NCBI GenBank assembly: GCA_038245905.1
Contig: JBBRRY010000013.1
Coordinates: 7,876 to 71,875, forward strand
Length of the DNA: 64,000 bases
Reading direction: 5' to 3'
DNA from: Thermoanaerobaculia bacterium
GTDB lineage: Bacteria; Acidobacteriota; Thermoanaerobaculia; UBA5066
Position 1 is the first letter of the stretch. Every line of letters starts with the position of its first letter. The notes under the pieces were generated by a model. It saw nothing but the letters and a program-made list of their open reading frames with translations, searched no databases and was not told the DNA's origin. Positions 63,257 through 64,000 of the stretch are shown piece after piece. The translations under genes were made by a program, and so were the position numbers.

Positions 63257-64000
63257 TCAGGTCGCGGCGGGCAGGGAGACGGTGAATCGGGCCCCGCGGT
63301 CGGCCCGAGAAGCTCCCGCCGCGGACGTCACGGCCAGAGAGGTTACGGTCAACGTGCCACCGTGCGCCTGAATGATATCCCGCGCGATGGCGAGGCCCAG
63401 CCCCGTTCCCCCTTGAGCGGTCTTCGTGGAATAGAACGGGTCGAACACACGGGCTACCTGTGCATCTGTCAGGCCAGGTCCGTTGTCCTCCACGGAGAAC
63501 AGCACGTATCCGTCGGCGGCACGGACGCGCAGCGTGACGGCAGGTGGCGGATCTTCGGCGGCGCGAGGGAGCGTGACCGCTTCGAGCGCGTTCTTCGCGA
63601 GGTTCACGAGCACCTGGACGAGGGCGTCCCGATGACCGGAGACGGCCGGGAGAGGCTGCGCGGCCACGACCTCGAGAGGGGCGCGCCGGGCTGCTGCCTC
63701 GTCCGCGAGAGCCCAGGCGGCTTCTTCCGCGAGCGCGGCCGGTTCGAGTCGAAGGAATTCACGCGGGCGGCCGCGGGCGAGATCGAGCAGGCTGCCGACG
63801 AGGCGCGAGGCGCGAAATGCCTGCCGCTCGATCTTTTCGACGAGCGTCCTTCGGGGGTCGTCTCGCGGCGTCTCGTCGAGGAGGAGCCGGGCGAAGCCCG
63901 CGACTCCGGCGAGCGGTGTGTTCACCTCGTGCGCGACGCCCGCCGAGAGAGTGCCGAGAGCGGCGAGGCGTTCCCGATCGGCGAGCGCGCGTTCGAGTCG
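63257..64000 (-). CDS. sensor histidine kinase (HisKA + HATPase_c), 5' end beyond the window
   Basis: H-box …GVAHEVNTPL… continues in frame to nt 64000, with N, G1 (DNGPGL) and G2 (GGTGLGL) boxes. It overlaps or abuts the regulator start. Confidence 0.8.
   Translation of the reverse strand, partial: RLERALADRERLAALGTLSAGVAHEVNTPLAGVAGFARLLLDETPRDDPRRTLVEKIERQAFRASRLVGSLLDLARGRPREFLRLEPAALAEEAAWALADEAAARRAPLEVVAAQPLPAVSGHRDALVQVLVNLAKNALEAVTLPRAAEDPPPAVTLRVRAADGYVLFSVEDNGPGLTDAQVARVFDPFYSTKTAQGGTGLGLAIARDIIQAHGGTLTVTSLAVTSAAGASRADRGARFTVSLPAAT

Noticed and set aside
1-64000. Search for tRNA/rRNA genes, CRISPR repeats, IS elements and integrases
   Set aside because: Apart from the coding GGC tract at 24150-24270, there are no direct-repeat arrays, no cloverleaf-compatible AT-richer islands, no transposase or integrase motifs, and no terminal inverted repeats. 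The window looks like stable core chromosome.

Overview
This is a 64 kb, very GC-rich (roughly 68-70%) bacterial chromosomal segment, densely packed with about 64 genes on both strands and containing no rRNA, tRNA, CRISPR array or obvious mobile element. Most of it is core metabolism and housekeeping. There is a tightly start/stop-overlapping pentose-phosphate/glycolysis operon (tal-tkt-zwf-pgl-glk, followed by fbp). There is a ribosome-associated cluster (rplU-rpmA-obg-nadD-rsfS-…-rlmH-dksA-like-holA-like). There is a peroxide-defence island (ahpC-trxB divergent from rubrerythrin / CCG-type Fe-S protein / DUF3501). Other identifiable genes are murA, prmC, rsmI, prfA, rpmE, hflX and a LemA-TPM-TPM triad. 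The less ordinary content is listed here. (i) A six-gene minus-strand operon reads cupredoxin-like lipoprotein -> ctaA -> ctaB -> ABC ATPase -> ABC-2 permease -> a CtaM/DUF420 membrane domain fused to a compositionally odd Gln/Asn/Tyr/His-rich C-terminal domain; a paralogous cupredoxin-like gene sits next to a TlpA-like thioredoxin at the window start. (ii) A 1137-aa polytopic protein has a CPBP (CAAX/Abi) intramembrane-protease core flanked by two PepSY-like soluble modules. (iii) A translationally coupled SNF2-helicase / SWIM zinc-finger cassette. (iv) A sensor-less sigma54 activator inserted between rsfS and rlmH. (v) An NSAR-type enolase / M20 / GNAT cassette that matches a D-to-L amino acid conversion pathway. 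Many long R/A/G-rich antisense ORFs in the six-frame track are high-GC artefacts and were not called. All calls rest on motif recognition by eye; I could not run any database search.
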